This document shows, piece by piece, positions 9,401-20,348 of a stretch of DNA of 37,530 nucleotides (the stretch's first letter is position 1; the number at the start of each line of letters is the position of its first letter). The notes under the pieces are model-generated. The model worked only from the letters and a program-made list of their open reading frames with translations. It did not search any database and was not told the origin of the DNA. Position numbers and translations under genes: made by a program. Source of the DNA: a virus (Duplodnaviria; Heunggongvirae; Uroviricota; Caudoviricetes; Crassvirales); IMG/VR virus record IMGVR_UViG_3300042473_001002; one strand, given 5' to 3'.

Positions 9401-10408
9401 TTATGCTACTGGTAAGTTAGCAGGTACAGTTGCAAAAGTTCCAACAGCTGTTCTAATATCAGTAAGTACTGAATTAGTAGCTGCGTTATTTGCCAATGTA
9501 TTAGCTGCTTTTTCTACAGCAATTGTTAATACTTTGTACTGACGTTCTACTGAAGTTTCAGTACGAGGTGCGTAGTATATAATATGAATTACATTATACA
9601 ATCCGTCTGCTTTAGTATAAAAAGGTGTTCTACTGTAAAAATCTACAGGGAATGAAGTAAGTCTATCTGGATCATATTTATATCCTTTAACAAACTCTTC
9701 ATAATTAGTAGCCCATTTACCAGTTCCATTTCCAGGTTTACTAACAACAGTATTTGTACTTGTAAGTAATCCTAAATTACCACCTTGTCCATTTGTTGGT
9801 ACATTTTCATATACTTTACCTACTACAGTAAATTGAATTTTACGACCATCAACTTTTCCAGGGATATTAGCTTGTGCTTGTTCTGTAATTAAGATTCCAG
9901 TACCATCAGCGACAGCAGTAAATTCTTTATTACCTCTACGAGCTAAATCTTTATTTAAAGATGCTAACAATCCATTACGAACAGTTGTTGCTGTATCTGA
10001 ACCAAGTACTTGACCAGTTACATAATAACCTTGAATTAGTTCAAAGTTTTCAGGTGAAAGTTGATCTTGCATTCTAATTTCAACTTCATAGGTTCTTTTT
10101 TCTGCAACAGTACCTGCTACAGCAAAACCATCTACTTTATAAGCACCTAATACTTCAGGAGTATAAGTTGCTAATGTTACTTTCTCTACATATCGAGGAT
10201 CTACTTTATCAGAGAATTCAAATCCTCCTTGAGCCGCAGAAGCCTTTTGCAATACAAAGAAAGGTTTACCAGCAGCTACATTGCTACCGTCTTTTGACAA
10301 TACTTTTAATTCTTTGTCAGATGCTGTTGCGATAAATGTGTTTACTGTAGTTTCTGTTGCTACGGCATTACCAACCATTAATTCGCCTACTTGTCTAGGT
10401 CCAAACAT
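9401..10408 (-). CDS. Auxiliary capsid / abundant structural protein (crAss001 gp36-like)
   Basis: About 335 aa with an F.P.QV..L.V N-terminus, strongly biased codon usage, its own terminator and synteny with MCP. Family recalled, not searched. Confidence 0.5.
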   Translation of the reverse strand: MFGPRQVGELMVGNAVATETTVNTFIATASDKELKVLSKDGSNVAAGKPFFVLQKASAAQGGFEFSDKVDPRYVEKVTLATYTPEVLGAYKVDGFAVAGTVAEKRTYEVEIRMQDQLSPENFELIQGYYVTGQVLGSDTATTVRNGLLASLNKDLARRGNKEFTAVADGTGILITEQAQANIPGKVDGRKIQFTVVGKVYENVPTNGQGGNLGLLTSTNTVVSKPGNGTGKWATNYEEFVKGYKYDPDRLTSFPVDFYSRTPFYTKADGLYNVIHIIYYAPRTETSVERQYKVLTIAVEKAANTLANNAATNSVLTDIRTAVGTFATVPANLPVA

Positions 10409-10439
10409 TTTTGTTTATTTATTTAATTAATATTTATGT

Positions 10440-11186
10440 TTATTCATTTCTCATATCCAGTTGAACTTTTGATTCAAGTCCTTCTTTTTTATAATCCCTA
10501 ATTGCTAACTGAACAGCTCTATCAACTATTTCATCGTGAATTTCTGTATGTAATTCACAATCTGTAATAGATTGAATTCCTTCTATTGTTAAATTTTCAC
10601 CAGGAAAAGTTGTATTTAAATCTGCTAGTATAATAGGTTTTGGATATTTTAAATATCTTATTTGATATTCTAACAATCCTGTAATATTATAAGGAGATAT
10701 AATTTCTACAACTTGTTTATTATCTATTTTAGATATATCTAATCTCCAAGCAATATTTTTATCTGGAGTTTTAAAAGGATTTTTTATTTGAGTATTAAAC
10801 TCATCGTAAGTAACTGGTTTAACTTTAATTATTAAATTGTTATTACAATCTTCTGATATAACTTTAGCTTTTTCATTTACCAATAAAAATACATCATCGG
10901 GCAAATTATAAAATTTAGCAGTGGGATATATACTTGAAGGTAAAGATACAGCTGAACTTATTTTATAATCTTTAATTAATTCTTTTAAATCAACTCTTCT
11001 TTTTTCAGAACCTTCAAAACCTTTTTGCTTTCTATTACTATTAGGATCATAATAATTTTTAATAATCTCTAATTGAGCTTTAGTTAAATAAGAGCTTTTT
11101 TCAAATGCATCTATTCCTGGAGCATTTTGACCTGCAATACTATTATATCTTATATCAAAAGCATTAGACATTTCTACTCCATTCAT
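10440..11186 (-). CDS. crAss-like conserved ring/neck protein
   Basis: EMSNAFDIRYNSI...APG.D..EKS.YLTKAQ and CELH..IH.EIV.RAV motifs. Confidence 0.7.
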   Translation of the reverse strand: MNGVEMSNAFDIRYNSIAGQNAPGIDAFEKSSYLTKAQLEIIKNYYDPNSNRKQKGFEGSEKRRVDLKELIKDYKISSAVSLPSSIYPTAKFYNLPDDVFLLVNEKAKVISEDCNNNLIIKVKPVTYDEFNTQIKNPFKTPDKNIAWRLDISKIDNKQVVEIISPYNITGLLEYQIRYLKYPKPIILADLNTTFPGENLTIEGIQSITDCELHTEIHDEIVDRAVQLAIRDYKKEGLESKVQLDMRNE

Positions 11187-11188
11187 AT

Positions 11189-12064
11189 TTATTTACTTTT
11201 GTTTATTTTAGTTTCTATAATTGTACGAACTTCTTGATTTAAAGGATTGTCTAAATAGTTAATTGCATTATCAAATGTTGCAATTTCTCCACTATTACAT
11301 AAATCTAAACCATCTAAAGTTTTATATTTATTTCCAACTTTAAGAATAACTCCAGTTTCAACACCTTTGTTAAGTAATATTTTAGTATAGAAAGTTTTAT
11401 CATTAATAACATTCACAAATTGTGAAGGCATTGTGTCAATAAACTCTTCAACTTTATGTTGAACCCATTCTAAAGTAGAATCTTTTGAAATTGGTTTGTT
11501 TGTAAGTAATTTAAGAACTCCAATAAGTTTTTCCTTATCTTCATTAATTTTACCATACAACATAAACGCTTTCATTTTAGAATCATATTTACCTTTAGAT
11601 TCAAGCATTTCTTCATCTTGTTTACAAATTGCAAACTGATATGTTTGTTTTTTATTTCTTTCACTCCATGATGGAGCAATTTCATCTTTTAACACTTCTA
11701 AAAGTTTAATAGCTAAATAATCCATAGGATTACTTAAATCAAATCTATTACTAGCATCTTCTTTATGCAATGACACTTGAAAAGTTTTCCAAAAATCACC
11801 ATATACTGAAAGATTTAATCCTGTGACTTCTTCAAGATATTCTTTTTCTTCTTTTGTTAATACATTTGCAATTGTATTATTTCTTGTTAAAGGTGCTACA
11901 AATTTCTTTACAGACCCTATTAACATACCACCTGATATAACATGTGATGCTTCAACATTAGAAGCCATTCCTTTATTTTTTTTAATAAATTTTACAGTTA
12001 TAATATCATTTGGTAATGAGAAACCATTTCCTACAGTTTCTACCAATTTTGTTTTTGTTTCCAT
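11189..12064 (-). CDS. crAss-like conserved capsid-module protein
   Basis: H...GGM..G....FVAP and FDLSNP.DYL motifs; position downstream of MCP. Confidence 0.65.
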   Translation of the reverse strand: METKTKLVETVGNGFSLPNDIITVKFIKKNKGMASNVEASHVISGGMLIGSVKKFVAPLTRNNTIANVLTKEEKEYLEEVTGLNLSVYGDFWKTFQVSLHKEDASNRFDLSNPMDYLAIKLLEVLKDEIAPSWSERNKKQTYQFAICKQDEEMLESKGKYDSKMKAFMLYGKINEDKEKLIGVLKLLTNKPISKDSTLEWVQHKVEEFIDTMPSQFVNVINDKTFYTKILLNKGVETGVILKVGNKYKTLDGLDLCNSGEIATFDNAINYLDNPLNQEVRTIIETKINKSK

Positions 12065-12115
12065 TCTTCTCTAATTTTATTTCTTCTTCCGAAAGATTTT
12101 TAATTTATTTTAAAT

Positions 12116-12142
12116 AAAAGGGGATCTTTTACAATCCCCTTA
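12116..12142 (-). terminator. Terminator after MCP and the homing endonuclease
   Basis: AAGGGGAT...ATCCCCTT stem with U-tract on the minus strand. Confidence 0.75.
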
Positions 12143-12151
12143 TTATTATCT

Positions 12152-12859
12152 TTATTCAGTTACGTTATTTATAAGAGGTTTTACTGAATCTATTTTACTA
12201 TAATCATCTAAATACATGTAGTTAGATTTATTTCTAACTCTACCTTGACATCCATTTAATTGACTTCTTAATGTGTAATAATTTAAACTTGTTATATCTG
12301 AAACTTCTTTTAAAGAATTATATATTTCTAATATCGTAATGTTAATTACTTTTTTAGATCTTCTTTCTTTTAATTTACTAATTGTTAGCTCTGAAACTTT
12401 TCTTCCAGTTAATCCAATAGACATATTTAATTTATGCTCTTCAGATAATTTTCTACCTTTTAATGTATTACTAATTTTTAATTTAGTTTCTTCTGATAAA
12501 ACAACACCTAATCTTTTTTGATTACCTTTTGCACCAATAGATTGTTTTAAACGAGTTTCTTCTGAAACTAATTTAGGTAATTCTCCATCTGCAGGTAAGT
12601 TAAGATTAAGATTTTTTCTGGATAATACATCATATTGTAATCCTAAAAGTCGTTCATATTTGTTCAGTTCATTTCTTTCACATAATAAAAGTATTTCAAA
12701 AGTATGATTTTCCCAACCATATTTTTTAATACTACTATAAATCTTTTTCTGTGATTTACATCCTGCTCTAGCATAATCTGTCTCACGACGTTTTATATTA
12801 ACAGCTTGACCAATATAGATTGATCCTTTATGATTTGTTATTTTGTATATTCCAGTCAT
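12152..12859 (-). mobile_element. Free-standing GIY-YIG homing endonuclease with NUMOD3 repeats and C-terminal HTH
   Basis: MTGIYKITN..GSIYIGQA...R, followed by SEETRLK, SEETKLKISNTLKGRKLSEEHK and VSELT repeats. Confidence 0.92.
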
Positions 12860-12870
12860 TATTAATTATC

Positions 12871-14379
12871 TCAATCAATTATCGATGGTTTGAGCGTGGC
12901 AGTACGCCCAGCATCTTTAACTAATGCTCCAATTCCCTCAATCAATGCTGTCATTGTTGCAGAATCTTCCATTAATTGCATTTCTCCACCTCTACGTCCT
13001 GTAAATGGATTTCTAATACCAGCTTGGTAACCTCGAAGTTCATCAGAACCTTTAGTTTTAACTTTTTGGATATTAGGCTCTTCCATAGAACCAATGTAAA
13101 GAATATCATAACGATATGATTCAGCTACACCACCATCTGGGTGAAGTACTTTATTACGAACTTTATCATCATACATTGGATCAACTTCCAACATTACGTG
13201 AATGTTATTAGGAGCTCTCCATTCTGTAAATTGGAATCCTGCAGAAAAAGCATTATCATGAAATTTAGAACTTACTTGTTTGATTGCGTTAGAATTAGTG
13301 TTATCAAATCCTAATGAAGCCCAACCTGAAGCAATTTCAGCTACAGCTCTATGGAACTGAGCAGCTCCTCTTTCACCTGTACGCAACATAAATTTACGTT
13401 GATTCCAATCTAATTTACCTTCAGATAGTTCAGAAAGTAAATCTTCAAGTAATCTGATAGAGAATCTGTTATAAGTAGTAGTATTAGATACTTCCATTTG
13501 TTCACGAATTCCTGAACCAGCTTTAATTTCAATATTAGAATTACCTTTATTTAAGAATCTACCATTTTCATCACGATTTGTTTTACCAAACATGATTGTA
13601 AGAGCTTTAATCTTAGAGATAGATTTTTCAAACTGCCAATATACTTCTTGCATCCAGTTAATAGAACTGTGTACTTTTCCAGTATTAGGATCTCTTGTTT
13701 CAATTTTAGCAAAGTAAATTGGTTTTGATTCATAATCAAGCATTTTACCTGAAACTTTATGTTCCATACGAATTGAAGTAACAGAGTTTCTCATTAAGAA
13801 AGGAGAAGTAAATTGAATACCTGCACCCTGAATAGAAAGTTCATCCTCAACTGGAGCACCTTCAATAGAGAATCTCATATTTGGTAAAAGCTCATCACCT
13901 GGAATACCAGCTAACGAATCTTGACCACCCCAAGCTTCACACGTATAAACATAATTTTGTCCTTCTTCATAAGGCTCTTCTAAAATACGCATTTGATATA
14001 CATCTGGTCTATGACCTGCAATCAAGTGCATTTTTGTAAACCATTTTTCACCAAATACAAGTTCAAATGTTGCTCTAGCCGCACCTACACCTACTGTAGC
14101 ATCAGTTACAACTGCACCATTATATCTTGCTTCAACTAAAGGAATATTTCTTTCTTCACTACCAATTACTTTCCAAACGAAATCATCAGCAGTGGCTAAT
14201 ACTTTTTCTGGAAATAATGATAAAGTAGTATCTAGATTTTTCATCCCTGAGTTTTGCAATAAAACTGTAGTCAAAGGTGAGATCAATTGTGGTTGACTTC
14301 CGTACAAAGCCCCAATGTGATTCTTTAGTGTTATACCTGACCAAGCTCTCGCTTTCGTCATTACAAATTTACCTACCAT
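12871..14379 (-). CDS. Major capsid protein (crAss-like)
   Basis: 502 aa; W.G.T.KNH.G N-terminus, GSGIREQME, G.RNPFTG; highly biased codons; portal-X-MCP synteny. Confidence 0.9.
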   Translation of the reverse strand: MVGKFVMTKARAWSGITLKNHIGALYGSQPQLISPLTTVLLQNSGMKNLDTTLSLFPEKVLATADDFVWKVIGSEERNIPLVEARYNGAVVTDATVGVGAARATFELVFGEKWFTKMHLIAGHRPDVYQMRILEEPYEEGQNYVYTCEAWGGQDSLAGIPGDELLPNMRFSIEGAPVEDELSIQGAGIQFTSPFLMRNSVTSIRMEHKVSGKMLDYESKPIYFAKIETRDPNTGKVHSSINWMQEVYWQFEKSISKIKALTIMFGKTNRDENGRFLNKGNSNIEIKAGSGIREQMEVSNTTTYNRFSIRLLEDLLSELSEGKLDWNQRKFMLRTGERGAAQFHRAVAEIASGWASLGFDNTNSNAIKQVSSKFHDNAFSAGFQFTEWRAPNNIHVMLEVDPMYDDKVRNKVLHPDGGVAESYRYDILYIGSMEEPNIQKVKTKGSDELRGYQAGIRNPFTGRRGGEMQLMEDSATMTALIEGIGALVKDAGRTATLKPSIID

Positions 14380-14415
14380 ATTAATTATTTATTTAATTTA
14401 TTTGTTAATTTTTTA

Positions 14416-15498
14416 TTATAAATTTAGAACATGTCCTCGAACATTATCATAACTATTGCTATCTTGTGTCCATAAAGGTGTCCCATTATCTTGAATTGCA
14501 CTTTTTCTAGCAATAGCTTCTAAGTCTTTGACAGCATTAGATTTTGCAGAAGTAGCAATTTTAGAAAAATCTTTAAACCCATTTGTAAGTTCATAGAAAT
14601 GATACATACGTGTTTCAAAAGCAACAGGATCTTCTCTACGTTCTTTCATAAATTTATTTTCAAAAGTTCCGTCTGGAGATTTACCTACAATTTCAGTAAT
14701 AGATTTATATACTTTATCTTGAATTGCTTTATTAGGTTTAAAACCATTAATTAAATCTTTAGATTCATAAATGGATTTTTTTAATTGATTTTCTAATTCT
14801 ATTTGAGCTAATTTATCGGCTTCAATTCTTTCTTTATAAGATGCCTTTTCTGCTTCAATTTTTTTATTCTCAAATTGTTTTAAACTTTCTAAAGATTCTT
14901 GAGCATCTTCAAGAATAGCATCATCACCTAAATCAATTAGACGTTTTAACATTCTATTTGTTTTAGCTTCATCTAATCCTTGATTCTGATAATCTCTTTG
15001 AATAATTTGTTTTGCAAGTTCAAGGTTATCTTGTAAGCTCTCAACACTAATTTTAGAAAGATCTTGAATTTCTTTTTTACTTTGAGCAATTTGATTCACA
15101 TCAATATTTGCTAAATATTCTTCTAATTTTAATTGTGCTTGAATTTCTTGTTCTTGTTTAAAAACAGTTACAAAATCTTCAATATTCTCAATTTTATTTT
15201 TTTCGATGTCCCACGAAGGTATGAGTCCTTGTTCGTAAACAACAGTAGCTAAAGAAGAATATAAGTTGGAAGAAGATTCACTACCTTCCTCATTACCTTC
15301 TTCGGGTTCATCTACCTCATCTACTTCCTCTGGAGCTTCGTCCTCGATTTGGTCGTTTATATTAGTACCTTCTGGAGTATTTAATACACCATCAGGAATT
15401 TCATCATTTTCTGGTTCATCTTCATTATATTCTGGAGCATAATCTAAATTAAGCTCAATATTATTTCCAAATAAACCCATATTCAAATCTTCTTCCAT
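14416..15498 (-). CDS. Acidic coiled-coil protein between portal and MCP (scaffold-like)
   Basis: D/E-rich N-terminus, coiled coils; conserved crAss position. Confidence 0.6.
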   Translation of the reverse strand: MEEDLNMGLFGNNIELNLDYAPEYNEDEPENDEIPDGVLNTPEGTNINDQIEDEAPEEVDEVDEPEEGNEEGSESSSNLYSSLATVVYEQGLIPSWDIEKNKIENIEDFVTVFKQEQEIQAQLKLEEYLANIDVNQIAQSKKEIQDLSKISVESLQDNLELAKQIIQRDYQNQGLDEAKTNRMLKRLIDLGDDAILEDAQESLESLKQFENKKIEAEKASYKERIEADKLAQIELENQLKKSIYESKDLINGFKPNKAIQDKVYKSITEIVGKSPDGTFENKFMKERREDPVAFETRMYHFYELTNGFKDFSKIATSAKSNAVKDLEAIARKSAIQDNGTPLWTQDSNSYDNVRGHVLNL

Positions 15499-15530
15499 GA
15501 TTATTTATTTATGTGTTTTTTAATAAAGTA

Positions 15531-15562
15531 CAAAGATAATAAATATTAGGAAAAATTCCAAA
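15531..15562 (-). promoter_or_regulatory. Bacteroidota promoter for the capsid operon
   Basis: TTTG-N20-TATCTTTG. Confidence 0.8.
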
Positions 15563-15607
15563 CATTAATTCAATTATTATTAATATTTGGAAGTTCCCTA
15601 ATAGCTT

Positions 15608-18001
15608 TTATGTTGTACTTTTCTTTTTAATTCTACTTATAGAGTTAGACTCTTTTTTTAATTCAACATTATCCGCATGTTTTTTCATATCATTATCTAA
15701 AGCTTTAATCTTTAACAAATAGTCATTTCTTTTAGCTTGTACATCTAATTCAAATTTACTTTGTTCTAAAGGATTATCAATACCATCGGTTGAATCCACA
15801 TCATTAGACATTTCTTTTCCTAGTTCAGCTATATAAATTTTAGTTTCATTATCTCTAATATTTTTAGCTTCTTCTAATTGAAGTTTTTGTTGTTCTAAGG
15901 CTTGAGTAGCTTGATTAGCTTCCTGTTGAATTTTATTAGCTTCTTGAGCTTGTTCAGAATTACGTCTTTGAATTTCTTCTTCAGCAGTTTCGAGTTTTCT
16001 TCTCATATCAGATAAAGATGGACTAAAGTAAATATCCATAATTGTTGACATAGAACCACCATTCTGAATAAAAGCTTGAGCATATTGTTTAATAGCTTGT
16101 TCAAGTTCCATTGTTTTAGCAGTACTTGTAATAAGAATACCATAATCAGATTCTGCTAATTGTTCACCTTCCATATTTAGAATTTCAATAGTTTGATCAT
16201 CTAATATATATTGAACTTTTTTATTTTCAGAATTTCTTAATGCAACTTTAGCTGTTTCTAAGAAAGCTTCCAATACTCTAATTTTAACAGATTCATGCAA
16301 TATAAACCAATATTCTGTAATATGTGAACTTTGATTAACTGACCTTTCTACACCACCCACAGTTTCTCTATTGGAAATTTGTCCTTCACGTTGAGCAGAA
16401 ACTCCACAGATTTCACCCATTTCCATTTTAATAAACTCAAGTAACTGAATATGTTGTTGAATATAACTACCAGTTTCCATATCAATAGATCTACTTCCAG
16501 TACCATTACTCATACTACCTGCAAGTTTACCTGTAGCAGCTCCGTGGTTACCTTCTTTAAAACTGTCGACTACTGCAATTTTATTAACAACTGCAAAGTG
16601 CATCCATTTTTCAATTTCCCAATTAGATGGAACTTTAGCTAAATCTAATTCAAGTATTTTACCATAGTTAGTAGATATTGCTTTATTTAATCTATCAAAT
16701 AATGCATCATACATGTATTGATAATTTTTAGCTCTATCCATTAATGAAACAGCAATTCCCTGATTAGTATTATAAATTTGACCTATAATACCTAAATGAC
16801 CTTTAGATGGATTATTAGCTTTTACATATTGAACACTAAGAGGTTTCATTTTAAGATAAATATCTTTACCTAATTTAGTTCCTTCCCAACCTTCATTAAT
16901 CCAAAATATAGTTTCTTCCTCACCTCTAACTTTGTCTGTTTTATATTCTTCAGATTCAAAGCGATATTGTGTTTCACCATAATCATCGTAAAATTTAATT
17001 TTCTTAACTTTACGCAATGATTTCCATCTTAATTTTAATTCTCTAATATTACCATTCTCATCTGTATAATCAGATCCAAATGTATGACCATTTAATTCAG
17101 CAACATTTAATAAACCGTCATATAATTCACTTTGACTACCACCATCTCTAAATAACGCATGATTATTATGATCATCAGAATATGAACCATTTCCAGATTT
17201 AGTAGAATAATTCATAAGATAATCTATTTCTTCAGGTTTAAGTTCATCATAATATTCATCAACTAATTGACTAGGTGATTTATGATCTTCCATAATAATC
17301 ATAGAAGCATCTTCAAACTTATCTGAATTACCTGATCTAATTGCTCTTACTTTTAAAGGATTTAATTTAGTTAAAGTTGGTTCATTATGTGAAATATCTA
17401 CTAAGTAAATTTCTTCAGCCATAATTAAAGCATCTTTAAACCCTTTTAAAAATTTATTAGCAAAATCTTGTTCTTGATAATAATGTTTAAGTATTTGATT
17501 AGCCATTTTTTCACGAATGTCTGACCAACTATATTTCATATATTTACCAAGTTCTTCCATTTTAGCTTTAAGTTCATCATCTTGATAATTCATCTCAAGC
17601 ATTTCAGTAAGTTTTTGCATTAAGAATTTCTTTTTATCCTCTTCTTTCTTACTAATAGCATCAGGATTCGTAACTACTGCATAATAATCAAATCTTCTTT
17701 TAGATTCTTCACCTACAAGTAAATCAATCTTTGGAACTACAATTGGATGATGGGGAATATTATCTGGAATATAACTAGCATCTAAATGATGTGGATTAAC
17801 AACATCTGTTAAATCTCTAATATCTACAATTCCATTATAAAGATTTAAATTAATAGATTTATTTTTTAAACTTTTACGAACTTCTTCATTATGATAAAAT
17901 GAATGTGTATCTGCAAAATCAAGATTCTCTTTACGCCATTCTTTATTCTTTTGACTATAAGGTAAACGCTGCCTAGGTTGAGGTATATTTCTTATTCTCA
18001 T
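15608..18001 (-). CDS. Portal protein (crAss-like)
   Basis: 797 aa; P.Q.LP...K.K.W, PKIDLLVGEESKR, G.I..RE.VGGVER, coiled C-terminus; adjacent to TerL. Confidence 0.9.
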   Translation of the reverse strand: MRIRNIPQPRQRLPYSQKNKEWRKENLDFADTHSFYHNEEVRKSLKNKSINLNLYNGIVDIRDLTDVVNPHHLDASYIPDNIPHHPIVVPKIDLLVGEESKRRFDYYAVVTNPDAISKKEEDKKKFLMQKLTEMLEMNYQDDELKAKMEELGKYMKYSWSDIREKMANQILKHYYQEQDFANKFLKGFKDALIMAEEIYLVDISHNEPTLTKLNPLKVRAIRSGNSDKFEDASMIIMEDHKSPSQLVDEYYDELKPEEIDYLMNYSTKSGNGSYSDDHNNHALFRDGGSQSELYDGLLNVAELNGHTFGSDYTDENGNIRELKLRWKSLRKVKKIKFYDDYGETQYRFESEEYKTDKVRGEEETIFWINEGWEGTKLGKDIYLKMKPLSVQYVKANNPSKGHLGIIGQIYNTNQGIAVSLMDRAKNYQYMYDALFDRLNKAISTNYGKILELDLAKVPSNWEIEKWMHFAVVNKIAVVDSFKEGNHGAATGKLAGSMSNGTGSRSIDMETGSYIQQHIQLLEFIKMEMGEICGVSAQREGQISNRETVGGVERSVNQSSHITEYWFILHESVKIRVLEAFLETAKVALRNSENKKVQYILDDQTIEILNMEGEQLAESDYGILITSTAKTMELEQAIKQYAQAFIQNGGSMSTIMDIYFSPSLSDMRRKLETAEEEIQRRNSEQAQEANKIQQEANQATQALEQQKLQLEEAKNIRDNETKIYIAELGKEMSNDVDSTDGIDNPLEQSKFELDVQAKRNDYLLKIKALDNDMKKHADNVELKKESNSISRIKKKSTT

Positions 18002-18023
18002 ATTTTATATTTATTAAACTTTA

Positions 18024-18053
18024 CAATATACAACATTTTTATTTAAAATCAAA
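18024..18053 (-). promoter_or_regulatory. Weaker Bacteroidota-type promoter upstream of portal
   Basis: TTTG-N19-TATATTG, a variant of the consensus. Confidence 0.45.
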
Positions 18054-18080
18054 GTATATTTCATTTTATTTGTAATACAT

Positions 18081-20348
18081 TTAAAAACCTCTAATAGCTT
18101 TTGCTGTATTGTAGTTTTTATTAAAAAAGTTATCAGTACTTAAATGAGAAATTTGTTTATCTTGATTTTCAATTGCAGATTGTGTTCTTTTATATCTATC
18201 TTCTCTTAAAATAAATAACATACCAGCTGCTGAAATTCTATCAAAGTTACCATCTGAGTTCCATTTAATAGCTTCTTCAATATGTGCAATACCTCTCATA
18301 GTATGTAAATTAAGTTTTTCAACCTCATTTTCATTTGTATATGCTTTAGATAACATCCAATCTGCATGAAGCTTTCTACCCCATTTATTAATTTGAACAT
18401 TAGCATTAGTACCTTTAGATTTGTTACCATATAGATTTGTTCCTTTAACATATTCCATATCTTTTAATACTTGAGGTACATCACATAATCTGTGTAAAGC
18501 ATTTTTCTTATCAAAATAACTAAACAAACCTTTAAGATTACTTTCATAATTAGCTTCTCCATTATAAAATTCAATTATTCTTAATGCGAGTTCATATGCT
18601 TCTTCAGCTAATCTAGGTCTTCCAGTATATTCACAAACTATTCTATCTGTAAACGTATCTAACCCAATTATACTAAACAATGAAGTTCCAGCGTCTGCAT
18701 CAATAGGGTCAATACCAAATATATATCTACTTCTAGGTATTTCACCATTCGCGTTTTCTTTAGGCATTTCAAATATTTCTAAACAACCTTCTCTATTAGA
18801 AGTGTCTTTATCATAACTACGTAAAGGATATTTATCAGAATTAGGTCTCCATTTTAATTTATTATCAGAACCTCTAATTAATTCTCCTACATAATGTTCA
18901 GCTAAAAAAGTATCTTTTTTAACTTTAATTTCTTCAAGGTATTCTTTAAGATCCGATACAGGAAATACTGTACCTTCAGTACGCATAATAGCTTCTTGAG
19001 GTGTAATAGGTTCCTCAGCTTTCTTTTGAGTAATTGCATTAGGGTCTTGAGAGTTATATTTAATTTTAAATCTACCTAATTCAATTTCTATTAAAGATTT
19101 AATAATATCTGGTTCTCCTAAATTTTCATCATAACATCCATTACGATTCATATAACCTCCCCAAAAGAATCCACAAATTCTATCACCTGTTGCATTTTTA
19201 TCAAATACATTTGGTATTCCATAAATTTCATATGCTTCTGGTTGATAAAATAATTTTTCAGATCCTTCAAAAGATCCACCTTCAACTCCACCTGTTCCAC
19301 CTGCTAACATAAATCCAAACCCTACGTTACCATCTTCAACAGCTTTTAAGTTAACATTCCAAGCTTTTTCAAGATTTGGAAACAAACCATCTTCTTCATA
19401 ATGAATTAATGGTCCACGAATACCCCTAGCTTTATCTGGATTATCTTTTAATGATATGCCGTGTACAGATGATAATAATCCTTTACGAATACCATATTCA
19501 TCTTTAAAACCTAATTGTATTTCTAATGTACTACCAGCTCTATCCACTGTACGCATACGAGGTAAAGGGGTTGTTTCTGCAATCCAATCTAATGTATCTA
19601 CAACTTTACCCCAAATACCTTTATCACCAGCTAAGAAAGTTTTTTCAGAAGCTAAATGAAAGTTAGGATTACCTGAACCTGGATATACATACATATTACA
19701 AGGACTAATAGCTCCCATTTTAAAAGAAAAACCTACACCACGAGTTTTAAGTAATTTACCGTGAAGTCCACCATCTCTAGCTTGTTGCATATAATGATAA
19801 AATAAATAATCTCCTAACCAAGGTTTAGGAAACTTACGTAACCTTTCACCTTTTTGTTTAGCTGATTTACTTTTTGTTTCTATAATTTCAACTAACCATA
19901 TAGGAGAATAATTCCAATAAAAATATAATTGTCCAGGTATCCATTCCCCATCACTAGGTCTAATTAAACCATATTTCCATCTACGTTGTTCTTCTTTCCA
20001 AAATTCAGCATAAGCTGATTTAGGATTAGGATTAGGTGTGAGATTAGTATATTTACCATTTTTTTCAAAAAATATAGCACGTTCTCTAAAAAAATCCATA
20101 TCTTCTAAAATATGAGGATTAGTTAAATCTACGTTTATTCTACCATCATTATAAAATTTAGTTTCTCTAGGTTTATCTTTAGCATAACCTCTGACTTCTT
20201 CAGGAGCAATCAATCTTTTAATAAATTCAATAGAATTTAATGTTTCTATTAAAGCTAACCATACTTCTTTAGGTAATGATTTTTTTAATTCTTCAGTTAA
20301 AGGTGTTTGATATTTATTAAATTTATAATGTGTTAATTCTGATTCCAT
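18081..20348 (-). CDS. terL: Terminase large subunit
   Basis: LKTRGVGFS ATPase motif, RGIRG..IHYEE Walker B-like motif, GIDPID nuclease and NFDRISA motifs. Confidence 0.92.
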   Translation of the reverse strand: MESELTHYKFNKYQTPLTEELKKSLPKEVWLALIETLNSIEFIKRLIAPEEVRGYAKDKPRETKFYNDGRINVDLTNPHILEDMDFFRERAIFFEKNGKYTNLTPNPNPKSAYAEFWKEEQRRWKYGLIRPSDGEWIPGQLYFYWNYSPIWLVEIIETKSKSAKQKGERLRKFPKPWLGDYLFYHYMQQARDGGLHGKLLKTRGVGFSFKMGAISPCNMYVYPGSGNPNFHLASEKTFLAGDKGIWGKVVDTLDWIAETTPLPRMRTVDRAGSTLEIQLGFKDEYGIRKGLLSSVHGISLKDNPDKARGIRGPLIHYEEDGLFPNLEKAWNVNLKAVEDGNVGFGFMLAGGTGGVEGGSFEGSEKLFYQPEAYEIYGIPNVFDKNATGDRICGFFWGGYMNRNGCYDENLGEPDIIKSLIEIELGRFKIKYNSQDPNAITQKKAEEPITPQEAIMRTEGTVFPVSDLKEYLEEIKVKKDTFLAEHYVGELIRGSDNKLKWRPNSDKYPLRSYDKDTSNREGCLEIFEMPKENANGEIPRSRYIFGIDPIDADAGTSLFSIIGLDTFTDRIVCEYTGRPRLAEEAYELALRIIEFYNGEANYESNLKGLFSYFDKKNALHRLCDVPQVLKDMEYVKGTNLYGNKSKGTNANVQINKWGRKLHADWMLSKAYTNENEVEKLNLHTMRGIAHIEEAIKWNSDGNFDRISAAGMLFILREDRYKRTQSAIENQDKQISHLSTDNFFNKNYNTAKAIRGF

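Noticed and set aside
12152-12185. HEG C-terminus (VKPLIN) as a remnant of the original MCP end (LKPSII)
   Set aside because: The similarity is too short and weak to distinguish from chance in AT-rich DNA.
12152-14379. Group I intron splitting MCP with the HEG inside
   Set aside because: MCP ends with a plausible complete C-terminus and stop; there is no downstream exon or intron core, and a terminator follows the HEG.
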